Part shown: positions 38,891-47,945 of the stretch, in pieces
Numbering within the stretch: the stretch's first letter is position 1
How the letters are laid out: every line of letters starts with the position of its first letter
Assembly: GCA_965277805.1 (NCBI GenBank)
Contig: OZ255842.1
Span: 1,920,001-1,984,000, forward strand
Source: Candidatus Lustribacter sp.
GTDB lineage: Bacteria; Vulcanimicrobiota; Vulcanimicrobiia; Vulcanimicrobiales; Vulcanimicrobiaceae
Reading direction: 5' to 3'
DNA length: 64,000 bases
The notes under the pieces: model-generated
Told to the model about the DNA's origin: nothing
Seen by the model: only the letters and a program-made list of their open reading frames with translations
Database searches by the model: none
Made by a program: the position numbers and the translations under genes

Positions 38891-40266
38891 CCAACCGAAT
38901 GGCGTTCGGAACACGCCTGACCGTGACATACACGGCGATCCTCGCGCTGGCGATCGTCGTGCTTGGAACGGTCGCGTTCGCCGCGGTGCGCATCGCGCTG
39001 GATACGGCGTTCCAGACGCGGCTCGAAACGACGGCGAAATCGATCCGCTCCATCGTCGACGTGCGGCATGGCCGCTTGGAAAAACTGCATGGGGAAGATC
39101 TGATCCAATTCCAGGCACTGCTCGGCCAAGGTCTGAACGGCGCGGTCCTCTGGCGCGATGGTTCGTTGATGACCTCGAACCTTGCCCAGCCTCCAGTCGC
39201 GCTGCTCGCTTCGCTCGCGCCCTCGGCCGGTGAACACACGGTCCGCACCGACCGGGGAAATATCGCCTACATAACGCTCGCTCTCACCGACGGGGCCACG
39301 CGTTACGGCACGATCGTCACATGGGCGTCGCGCAGCACCTATGAAGATGCGGAGTGGATCACGCTCATGGCGTTTGCGGTGACCGGCGCCATCGTCATCG
39401 CCGCCGCCGCGGCCGCAGGCGGCGCGCTCACCAGGCGAATGCTGCGGCCCGTTACGGAGATGAGCGCGATGATGTCGGAAATCGAAGCGACGGATCTTCG
39501 CGAGCGGCTTGCCTGGACCGGCCCCGACGATGAACTCGGCCGGCTTTGCGTCACGTTCGATCGGCTCCTCGACCGTCTTGAAGCGGCGTTCGATCGCGAG
39601 CGGCGCTTCATCGCCGACGCGTCCCACGAATTGCGCACGCCGCTCAGCGTCATGCGCGCCGAAGTCGAGCTGGCGTTGATGCGCGAACGAACGCCGGATG
39701 CCTATCGGGCAGCGCTCGAACGACTGCAACGTGAAACGCAACGTCTCGAAGCGCTGGCAAAAAGCCTGATCCTCACCACGCGCGACGGGGAGACCTGGCA
39801 GCCGCAGCCGTTGGATGCATCCGAGCTCGCAATGCGTTCGACCGAACGCATGCAGCCGCTGGCCGCGGGCCACGGGATCGCGCTGCGCTGCACGACGGCG
39901 GGTGCAGGCACCGTCATGGGCGACGCCGCCATGCTCGAAAGCGCCGTCGTTTCGCTCATCGACAACGCTCTGCGCTTCGCGCGCACGGAGGTTCGCGTTG
40001 CGGCCGAGCAGGACGAAAACCGCGTGACCCTGGCCGTCCGTGATGATGGGCCGGGGTTTAGCGACGCGGCGCTTGCATCGGCGACGAACCGATTTTGGCG
40101 CGACGACCCGGCGCGCAGCGGCGCCGGCACCGGGCTCGGCCTGGCGATCGTCCGCTCGATTGTCGAGCGGCATCAAGGGACGATCGAATTGCGAAATGGC
40201 CCTCATGGCACGGGCGCCGTCGTCGAACTGATGCTACCGGCGATCCTTATTGTCGCAGTTCAGTGA
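38887..40266 (+). CDS. Sensor histidine kinase (2 TM, HAMP)
   Basis: ADASHELRTPL, DNALRF, DDGPG, GTGLGLAIV; GTGA overlap with the regulator. Confidence 0.9.
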   Translation: MTNRMAFGTRLTVTYTAILALAIVVLGTVAFAAVRIALDTAFQTRLETTAKSIRSIVDVRHGRLEKLHGEDLIQFQALLGQGLNGAVLWRDGSLMTSNLAQPPVALLASLAPSAGEHTVRTDRGNIAYITLALTDGATRYGTIVTWASRSTYEDAEWITLMAFAVTGAIVIAAAAAAGGALTRRMLRPVTEMSAMMSEIEATDLRERLAWTGPDDELGRLCVTFDRLLDRLEAAFDRERRFIADASHELRTPLSVMRAEVELALMRERTPDAYRAALERLQRETQRLEALAKSLILTTRDGETWQPQPLDASELAMRSTERMQPLAAGHGIALRCTTAGAGTVMGDAAMLESAVVSLIDNALRFARTEVRVAAEQDENRVTLAVRDDGPGFSDAALASATNRFWRDDPARSGAGTGLGLAIVRSIVERHQGTIELRNGPHGTGAVVELMLPAILIVAVQ

Positions 40267-41321
40267 CCGATCTCAAAGAGCGGAGCCATCGCCTGCACCG
40301 TCGCATCGCCGGCGTGACGCAGATGATCGCCGAGACCTAAGGCATCTTCGATCGTCCGCAACAGGCTGTAGTGATCGTACGGCGTTGCATCGGCCAGCCT
40401 GCGGGGACCGTGATTCGTGATCACGATCGTCGGGATGTGGCCGCCGCCCGGGTCGTGTGCGTCGACGACGCAGCACGACTGCGGCGACCCCGGCGCCCGA
40501 TCGGCCTTGCCGTCCTCATCCCACGTGATGACGATCGCGGTGTTTCCGCGCGCCCAGATCGGCGACGCCTGCATTTCCGCAACCAGCGCGTGCACGACGG
40601 CGTCGCCGCGCCGGATCAGGCCCGCGTCGTCCTTTTGACAATCGGGCGGCGCCTTCGGTGAATTGATGCCGTGCATTTCATCGCACTGGTTGGGCACGAC
40701 GAGGGCGAACGGCGGTACGTTACCGGTGCGCAGATCAGCATGAAGGGCATCGAAGCCGACGAGTTCTTGCGTGAGATTCGGATCGGCGTGCACCGATGAA
40801 AAATTCGTGAAGCCCGTATGTTTGGCCGCGTAAAGCGCGGCCGGCTGCGTGTCGGTTTCCGGCGAGAACACGTCAAGCGAGCCGGGACTCGGGAGATTTT
40901 CGAGATACGCCCGCCACGCCAACCCCTTTGCGGTAAGTTGCGTCGCGAGATTCGGTCCGTCGATGAGGTGGACGGGGAAGCCCGCCGCATCCGAGCCCTT
41001 ACAGTTGGGGCGAGTCGAACCGGGAATGCAGTACCAGCTATCGTCGTCGGCAATGCCGAACGTATCGCCGCCGATCAGTGCGACATAGTTCGGCTCGCTC
41101 GGGTGACGCTCGGCGTACATCTGCGTTGCGACGCCGTAGGTTTTGGCCAGATCCGACATTGCCGGGGCGTAACCGTGATCCAGCACGGTGGCGTAGCCCT
41201 TGTTCTCCTCGATGATAACGAGGATGTGGTCGTAGTGCGGGACCGCTACATCGCGATCTGCCGCATCCGCGCCGGTCACCACAAGGGCAGCCAGCGCGAA
41301 TGCAGCGACGATCGCCTTCAC
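40260..41321 (-). CDS. Secreted phosphoesterase / acid phosphatase (alkaline-phosphatase superfamily)
   Basis: HILVIIEENK, HPSEPNY, CDEMH, ITWDE, DHYSLLRTIED. Confidence 0.85.
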   Translation of the reverse strand: MKAIVAAFALAALVVTGADAADRDVAVPHYDHILVIIEENKGYATVLDHGYAPAMSDLAKTYGVATQMYAERHPSEPNYVALIGGDTFGIADDDSWYCIPGSTRPNCKGSDAAGFPVHLIDGPNLATQLTAKGLAWRAYLENLPSPGSLDVFSPETDTQPAALYAAKHTGFTNFSSVHADPNLTQELVGFDALHADLRTGNVPPFALVVPNQCDEMHGINSPKAPPDCQKDDAGLIRRGDAVVHALVAEMQASPIWARGNTAIVITWDEDGKADRAPGSPQSCCVVDAHDPGGGHIPTIVITNHGPRRLADATPYDHYSLLRTIEDALGLGDHLRHAGDATVQAMAPLFEIGH

Positions 41322-44035
41322 AGCTTCTGCTGCAGCGTCAGGGTCAGCTGCGCCGGCGCCAGACCGAACTCTTCACTCGGCGACGGCGCCGCACCGCTCA
41401 CGGTGTTCGTGATCGGCGCCGTGCCCAAGCCGAGATACCCGTAGTCCTGAACGGCTTGGTTGAAGATGTTGGTTCCGCCGAGGGTGATCAACGTGCCCTT
41501 GCCGATCGAGCGGCTGAGGAAGGCATTGCTGCGCCAGTAGGCCGGCCGATTGAGCCCGTTGTTCGTCGATGTGTAGTAGTTATCGATCCGGAACTCCCAC
41601 TTTCCGGGCGCAACGTCGAGCGATATGGTGGCTTGGTGGAGCGGTATGCCCGGAATCTGTGCGCCGTTGACGACGGTCGGATTGCTGGCCAGGATTTCAT
41701 CGCTGATCCCGTCGTGCGTCGACGATTCGACGTAGTAGCCGTAGTCGATGTACACGATCGGACTGAGGCGCTGACGACCCGTAACCTCGATCCCGCGCGC
41801 CAGCGCCTGGGACGCATTGAAGGTGGTGGACACGGAGAGATACTGAGGCAGCGAAGCCATGGTGATGTTTTGACCCGGGCACTGCGACTGCAGCCGCGTG
41901 AGATACGTCTGCAGCGCGCCGGGCGCGAACACGACGTTTCCGAGGCCGTACTGCAGCAACGGCTGCGAGGCACCGAAGAGCTGGTTGGTGACCGACGTGA
42001 CGTAACCGTTGAGTTGAATATTGCTGTCGCCGTTGAAGCGATGACCGATACCCACTTCGAAGTCGTTCGCGCTCTCGGCTTGCAGATTCGGATTGCCGGC
42101 ACTGGTGACATCGTTGAAGCCGGTGCAGCTGACGCTCGTGAGGCTCGCACCCGGATCCGATGCAACCGCGGCGCCGGCCAGTTTGAGCTGCGGCGAGGGT
42201 GCGCCGTCCGAACGTCCGTAGGTGAACTGCACAACGTCGTTTCGCGTCGGCCGCAGCTGCAGCGTGGCGCGCGGATCGAACGTCGTTTGTGCGGTGACCG
42301 ACGAGTGCTTCAACCACGCATTGAGGAAGAATGACAATTGCTTCGTGATCGTGTACGTATCGCGCAGGAAGTAACTCCACTCACCGAAGTATCCGGTCGG
42401 GATCTCCGGGTTGATGCCCGAGGCATCGTCTTCGATGCCGTCTTGTAATTGGTGCCACGTGGTGAAGCCGAACGCGATGTCGTGGTTACCGAGCATAAAC
42501 TCGTCGGAAGCGAGAAAACCGAGCGTGTTATAGTAGTCGGCGAACGTGGGCGTGCCCAGCAGGTTGCCGTTCGCATCGACGCCGCCCGCGTAGCCGCTGT
42601 CTTTCCAGTAGGTGTAGTTATCGGCGAAACCCGAGAACGTGAAGTTGTGGATGCCCGCCGTGGTGGTGATGGAAGCACTGTAGTCGCGCAGGGTCGTCGA
42701 ACGGTTGCGGCCGGCACCGCCGCCGTCAGGACCCGAGGTCGCCGCGGCAAACTGCTGCGCGGTGTCGCACTGTGTCGTGCCGGCAATCGGATCGGTCGTC
42801 ACCGTATATCCCGCAACGCCGCTACCGGTGATGCAGTTCGTGGCGCCGCTCTGAACCTGTCCCAAGCGCGTCGAGAAGGGCAGGAAGTCGTTGTCCCCGT
42901 TACCGGTCGAGTCCGACCATTGGACGGCGTCGTAGGCTTCGGTATTGAGGTGTGTCGCCGGACTGAGCGCATACGTCAGTTTCGCCAAGCCTACCGTCTG
43001 CTGAGTGTTCTGACTGACTTCGTAGGTGTTGACGGCCAAGTTACACGCGCTGACGTCGGTCGAACTACCGGCGCAAGCGCCGTTCGGGTTGACCGAATTC
43101 GGCTGCACGTTGTCCGGACGCGCCGATTGCGCGCTCATGCCCGGATAGAAGTCGCCGTACTCGCCGAGGCGCCCGCCGGCCAAGGCATAACCGAGCTTGC
43201 CGAGCGTTCCGGTTGCAGTGATGCCGGTCGAGAGAATGCCGAAGCCGCCGATTTGCTGCTGGAACGAGAACTGGGGCGTAGCCGTCGGATTGATCGTCAC
43301 GAAATTCACGGCGCCGCCGATCGTATCGCTGCCGAACAGCCCTTGTGCACCGGAACCATAGGTGACGTTGACTTGGCTCAAGCCGAACGCCGGCCCGAGC
43401 GAGAAGTTGAAGCCGCCGCTGCCGACGCCGAGTGGTCCGACCGGATGTCCGTCGAGCAGCGCAGTGGTTTCATCGCTGCCGAAGCCGCGCAGATTGAGGC
43501 TGACGTCGTCGCCCACTGATGAACTCGTCGAGACGTTCGTTGCCGGCAGCGCCGCCAACTGATCGACGACGCGAATTTGACCGGTGCGCGTGAGGTCGGC
43601 CGCGCTGATCGACTGGGAAATCGTCGTCGCCGCGCTGAGTGCGTTCGAGTTGCTCACGCGGCCGATAACGGTCGTTTGACCAACGCTGGTCGCAGAACGC
43701 GACAGCCCGGCGTTTACCGACGTCGTGCCGGCAACGACGACGCCGTTGCTTTCCGAGATGTCATAGCCACTGGCCGAAATCGAAATGTTGTAAAGACCGG
43801 GAGCAACGCCCGCGATCGTATAGCGCCCACTTGCATCCGTTGTGCTCGAAGCAATGCTATTTGAATCCTGGCGAACGCTGACCGTTGCTCCCGCGATCGG
43901 GAGCGCACCCTTCTGGTCGACGACTAAACCGGTAATGGTTGCCGTCGCCGCTTGCGCGAACGCCGAACCACCCATAGAAAATAAAAGTGCGGCACATAGC
44001 AATGCCGCACAGACGCGTACGAATCCGTTTTTCAT
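41318..44035 (-). CDS. TonB-dependent receptor with N-terminal carboxypeptidase-regulatory-like domain
   Basis: Signal peptide, TTDASGRY, LNLRG..LLDGHP plug, IGGAVNFVT, GNPNLQAE. Confidence 0.85.
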   Translation of the reverse strand: MKNGFVRVCAALLCAALLFSMGGSAFAQAATATITGLVVDQKGALPIAGATVSVRQDSNSIASSTTDASGRYTIAGVAPGLYNISISASGYDISESNGVVVAGTTSVNAGLSRSATSVGQTTVIGRVSNSNALSAATTISQSISAADLTRTGQIRVVDQLAALPATNVSTSSSVGDDVSLNLRGFGSDETTALLDGHPVGPLGVGSGGFNFSLGPAFGLSQVNVTYGSGAQGLFGSDTIGGAVNFVTINPTATPQFSFQQQIGGFGILSTGITATGTLGKLGYALAGGRLGEYGDFYPGMSAQSARPDNVQPNSVNPNGACAGSSTDVSACNLAVNTYEVSQNTQQTVGLAKLTYALSPATHLNTEAYDAVQWSDSTGNGDNDFLPFSTRLGQVQSGATNCITGSGVAGYTVTTDPIAGTTQCDTAQQFAAATSGPDGGGAGRNRSTTLRDYSASITTTAGIHNFTFSGFADNYTYWKDSGYAGGVDANGNLLGTPTFADYYNTLGFLASDEFMLGNHDIAFGFTTWHQLQDGIEDDASGINPEIPTGYFGEWSYFLRDTYTITKQLSFFLNAWLKHSSVTAQTTFDPRATLQLRPTRNDVVQFTYGRSDGAPSPQLKLAGAAVASDPGASLTSVSCTGFNDVTSAGNPNLQAESANDFEVGIGHRFNGDSNIQLNGYVTSVTNQLFGASQPLLQYGLGNVVFAPGALQTYLTRLQSQCPGQNITMASLPQYLSVSTTFNASQALARGIEVTGRQRLSPIVYIDYGYYVESSTHDGISDEILASNPTVVNGAQIPGIPLHQATISLDVAPGKWEFRIDNYYTSTNNGLNRPAYWRSNAFLSRSIGKGTLITLGGTNIFNQAVQDYGYLGLGTAPITNTVSGAAPSPSEEFGLAPAQLTLTLQQKL

Positions 44036-44104
44036 GTCCCCAGGATGTACGCGAGATTTCTTAACAGCAGTTGATGAATATCTTAAGAAAACATCATCAA
44101 GCGG

Positions 44105-44138
44105 CTGTCATGTTTTGTTCATCGAAAAGCGATAGCAT
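44105..44138 (+). promoter_or_regulatory. Pho-box-like CTGTCAT-n4-TGTTCAT followed after 10 nt by -10 TAGCAT
   Basis: Spacing matches the classical Pho box/-10 geometry. Confidence 0.6.
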
Positions 44139-44146
44139 CCCTGTTT

Positions 44147-45049
44147 GTGTTGATTCCCGCACTTCCGCCACAGCCTGTTCCGGTGTTCAGTGGGTTCGAT
44201 TACGTCACGATCGACGCGCACCGCCGCCGCGTCTTTGCAGCGCACGGCGGCAGCAAAGCACTTCTCATCGTTGACGCCGACAGCGGTAAGGTCATCGGTC
44301 AGGTGCGCGTCGGCCCTATGGCGGGTTCGGCGGTCGAACCCACGACCGGTCACGTCTTCACCGGTAACGGCGATAGTGACAGCATCAGCGAGGTCGATCC
44401 CGTTACGCTGAAAGTCGTGCGCACCGTCGATGTCGGTGGGCCTGTCGATGCGCTTACGTACGATCCGGCCAACGGCCAAATCTACGGCGCGGAAGATGAC
44501 GGCACACATCTCTTCGTGGTCGATGCGAAGACGTTCAAGCTGATGAAGTCAATTTCGATCCCCGGCCATCATCCGGAGTTCCTCGTTCCGGATCCGCAAA
44601 CGCATGACGTCTACGTGAACATCGACGACTTGAGCGAAATCGCCGTGATCGACCCGAAGACGCTGACCGTGAAGCGCACGATCCCGACCCCGGAAATCAA
44701 AGCCAACCATCCGCTGCAATACGATCAGGATTTTCACCAGATCGTTGTGTCCGGGAATAACGGTGTGATGAGCGCCTATACACCGGCAGGTAAGCTGATC
44801 GGATCACTCACGGTACCGCGCTTCGACCAGTGCAACCTCGACCCGACGCAGCACGTCCTTGCGTGTGCCGGCGGCGGCGGTCTCACGCGTTATCAACTCA
44901 AAGCCGGGGCTGCGCCGGCACTGATCGACTCGGTCTCGGTGAACGCCGGCGTCCATACCACCGCAATCGATCCAACGACGCACGCCGTATTTACCGTGTG
45001 GTCGAACGCCGACGGATCAGGGGACTTCGTTCAGAAGTTCAACCCCTAG
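44147..45049 (+). CDS. YncE-family beta-propeller protein
   Basis: FDYVTID, repeated V(V/I)D..TLKV blades, GVHTTAIDP. Confidence 0.75.
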   Translation: MLIPALPPQPVPVFSGFDYVTIDAHRRRVFAAHGGSKALLIVDADSGKVIGQVRVGPMAGSAVEPTTGHVFTGNGDSDSISEVDPVTLKVVRTVDVGGPVDALTYDPANGQIYGAEDDGTHLFVVDAKTFKLMKSISIPGHHPEFLVPDPQTHDVYVNIDDLSEIAVIDPKTLTVKRTIPTPEIKANHPLQYDQDFHQIVVSGNNGVMSAYTPAGKLIGSLTVPRFDQCNLDPTQHVLACAGGGGLTRYQLKAGAAPALIDSVSVNAGVHTTAIDPTTHAVFTVWSNADGSGDFVQKFNP

Positions 45050-45084
45050 GATGTGATAGTTCCACTTTCGCGGAAAATCGCGAG

Positions 45085-46722
45085 GTGGAAACGTTGCACA
45101 CACCTGTGCTGATCGCGGGCGGCGGCCCGGTTGGGTTGACGCTCGCCATCGACCTGGGTTCGCGCGGCATCGCATGCACGCTGATCGAGCGGAAAGACGC
45201 GCCGGCGTTCTTGCCCAAGATGGAGCGCTGCAACGCGCGGACGCTCGAGATCTTCCGGCGCATGGGAATCGCGGATCGCGTGCGCGCAGCGGGGTACCCG
45301 ACGGCGTATCCGATGGACGTTTACCACATCATCACAATGATGGATCCGCCGCTCGCTCGCGTGCCGTATCCGTCGGTTGATGAAGCGCGGGCGGAGGCAG
45401 CGAGCCGCAACGATGGGATTATGCCGCTCGAGCCCTATCAGCTCATCTCGCAGTATACGCTCGAGCCGCTGCTCAAAGAAATCGCCGAAGAGAACCCGCT
45501 CGTCGACGTGCGCTTCGGTCACGAATTGCTTTCATTCGAGCAAGATCCCGACGGCGTCACCGCGCAAGTCCGCACGACGGACGGCCGCGATCTCGCGTTC
45601 CGTTCATCGTATCTGGCCGGCACCGACGGCGGCACGAGCACCGTGCGCAAACAGCTGGGCTTCGGGATGGACGGTCAAGCCGACATCCGGCGCATGGTGC
45701 AAGCGCTCTACCGGTGCGATACGCTCTACGACGTCGTGCCGATCGGTCATGGGCGACACTACAAGGTCTCCGATCAGTATAGCTCGGGCGTGGTGTGCCA
45801 GGATTCGTGCCGCCACTTCTCCATCAACGCCGAGAACTGCACGCCCGAAGAGATGAAGACCATTTTCGCGAACGTTCTCGGTGCGCCGATTCCGTTCGAG
45901 ATGATCGCGTCCGCGCCGTGGCGCCACAATCTGCTCTGCGCGCAACGCTATCTCGACGGTCGCGTGATGCTAGCCGGCGATTCGGCGCACTTAGTCATTC
46001 CGACCGCCGGCCTCGGCCTCAATACCGGCATCGGCGATGCGATCGACCTCTCGTGGAAGCTCGCCGCGCTCCTATGGGGCTGGGGCGGACCGCAGTTGCT
46101 GCAAGCGTACGAAGATGAGCGGCGGCAGATTGGCGTGCGCAACGTGCGCGCTTCGGGGAACGCAACGGCCGATCGGCGCGAACGGCGTGAAGAGCACTGG
46201 GTGCCGTGGATCAAAGAAGACAGCGACCGCGGCCGCGAGGCCCGCGAACGCGTTGCGGAACTCGCGGTGCTCGAGGCGCACAAGACCACGATCATCACCG
46301 GCATCGAGCGCGGGTATCGCTACACCAACTCCGCGCTGCTGTGGCCGGAAACGGGTGACGGCCCCGACCCCGACGCGATCGACTACGTCCCGACCACGTG
46401 GCCGGGTGCGCGGCTTCCGCACATGTGGTGCAAGGACGGCAGCGCACTGCTCGATCGCCTTGGACCGTGGTTTACGGTGCTGCGCTTTGGAAATGCCGTG
46501 GATACGTCCGGCATCGAACGGGCGCTGAGCGCGGCAAACGCTCCGTACGGCACGCTGGCACTCGACGACGACGAGCCCGCGCACGATGTCTACGGCGGCT
46601 ACGGCGCGTTCCTCATTCGGCCGGATCTGCACGTCGCGTGGCGCGGCACCGCAACGCCGCGCGACCCGGCCGCGATCGTCGCCGTTGCAACCGGCGGATC
46701 GGACGGACGACGCAAACCCTAG
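45085..46722 (+). CDS. FAD-dependent aromatic monooxygenase (PheA/TfdB-like)
   Basis: GGGPVG, GTDGG, LAGDSAH..GLGLNTGIGD, PGARLPH, LIRPDLHVAWRG. Confidence 0.85.
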   Translation: METLHTPVLIAGGGPVGLTLAIDLGSRGIACTLIERKDAPAFLPKMERCNARTLEIFRRMGIADRVRAAGYPTAYPMDVYHIITMMDPPLARVPYPSVDEARAEAASRNDGIMPLEPYQLISQYTLEPLLKEIAEENPLVDVRFGHELLSFEQDPDGVTAQVRTTDGRDLAFRSSYLAGTDGGTSTVRKQLGFGMDGQADIRRMVQALYRCDTLYDVVPIGHGRHYKVSDQYSSGVVCQDSCRHFSINAENCTPEEMKTIFANVLGAPIPFEMIASAPWRHNLLCAQRYLDGRVMLAGDSAHLVIPTAGLGLNTGIGDAIDLSWKLAALLWGWGGPQLLQAYEDERRQIGVRNVRASGNATADRRERREEHWVPWIKEDSDRGREARERVAELAVLEAHKTTIITGIERGYRYTNSALLWPETGDGPDPDAIDYVPTTWPGARLPHMWCKDGSALLDRLGPWFTVLRFGNAVDTSGIERALSAANAPYGTLALDDDEPAHDVYGGYGAFLIRPDLHVAWRGTATPRDPAAIVAVATGGSDGRRKP

Positions 46723-47900
46723 TTCGGGATCATCCCGTGCGGATCGATCACGTACTTGTGCGCCGCGCCCTTGTCGAACTCAGCATAGCCACGCGGCGCG
46801 TCGTCGAGCCGGATCACTTCGACGTTGACGATATCGGCGATCTGGATGCGGTCCCAGAGAATCGCTTGCATCAGTTGCCGGTTGTATTTGAGCACCGGCG
46901 TTTGCCCGGTTGAGAACGAGAGCGATTTCGCCCAGCCCAATCCTAAGCGCAGGCTCAAATTGCCGGTCTTCGCGGCGTCGTCGCCGGCACCGGGATCTTC
47001 GGTAACGTACAGACCGGGAATTCCAACGGCACCGCCCGCGCGCGTGACGTTCATCATCGCGTTCAGCACGACGGCGGGCTGCTCGTGACCGTGGCCGTCG
47101 CTCGCCTCGAAACCCACGGCATCGACGGCTGAGTCAACCTCCGGCACGCCGAGAATCTGTTCGATTTGTTCAGGGATCGGCGCTTTCGAGACGTCGACCG
47201 TTTCAAAGCCGTGTTTTTTCGCGTGCGCAAGGCGATCCGGATTCAGGTCACCGACGATCACGCACGCCGCGCCGAGCAACCGCGCCGACGCTGCCGCAGC
47301 CATGCCGACCGGTCCCGCACCGGCGATGTACACGGTTGAACCGGGACCGACGCCGGCGGTCACTGCGCCGTGGAAGCCCGTCGGAAAGATGTCGGTCAGA
47401 CAGGTAAGATCGCGAATTTTCGCAAGCGCTTGCGCTTTGTCGGGAAACTTCAGCAAGTTGAAATCGGCGTACGGCACGGTGACGTACTCGGCTTGACCGC
47501 CGATCCATCCACCCATATCGACGTAGCCGTACGCGCCGCCCGGTCGCGCCGGATTCACGTTGAGGCAGATGCCTGTCTTCTGCTCCTTGCAATTGCGGCA
47601 TCGTCCGCAGGCAACGTTGAACGGTACCGAAACGAGATCGCCGACCTTGATGAATTCGACGTCCGATCCGGCCTCGATGACTTCGCCTGTGATCTCGTGA
47701 CCGAGCACGATGCCCTTCGGCGCCGTCGTGCGGCCGCGCACCATGTGCTGGTCGCTGCCGCAGATGTTCGTTGACACGACCTTAAGGATGACGCCGTGAT
47801 TGAGTTTGCGATTGCCGAGCTCGAGTTTCGGAAAGTCGATCGACTGTACTTCGACGTGCCCGGGTCCGGTGTAGACGATACCGCGATTAGAAGCCATCAT
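46719..47900 (-). CDS. fdhA: Glutathione-independent formaldehyde dehydrogenase
   Basis: STNICGSDQHMVRGRT, LGHEITGE, CGRCRNC, GIPGLYVTEDPG. Confidence 0.9.
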   Translation of the reverse strand: MMASNRGIVYTGPGHVEVQSIDFPKLELGNRKLNHGVILKVVSTNICGSDQHMVRGRTTAPKGIVLGHEITGEVIEAGSDVEFIKVGDLVSVPFNVACGRCRNCKEQKTGICLNVNPARPGGAYGYVDMGGWIGGQAEYVTVPYADFNLLKFPDKAQALAKIRDLTCLTDIFPTGFHGAVTAGVGPGSTVYIAGAGPVGMAAAASARLLGAACVIVGDLNPDRLAHAKKHGFETVDVSKAPIPEQIEQILGVPEVDSAVDAVGFEASDGHGHEQPAVVLNAMMNVTRAGGAVGIPGLYVTEDPGAGDDAAKTGNLSLRLGLGWAKSLSFSTGQTPVLKYNRQLMQAILWDRIQIADIVNVEVIRLDDAPRGYAEFDKGAAHKYVIDPHGMIPN

Positions 47901-47945
47901 TCCGTTGTTGGCCAGACGGCTGAATTGTCTTCGTCGATCGAGCGC

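Noticed and set aside
32459-40266. Naming the efflux/two-component genes cus or czc
   Set aside because: RND TM4 reads DDAIV with KN in TM10, not the heavy-metal RND signatures I recall
41300-43519. Long antisense ORFs (344 and 356 aa) and similar ones elsewhere
   Set aside because: Shadows of high-GC coding strands with no recognisable motifs
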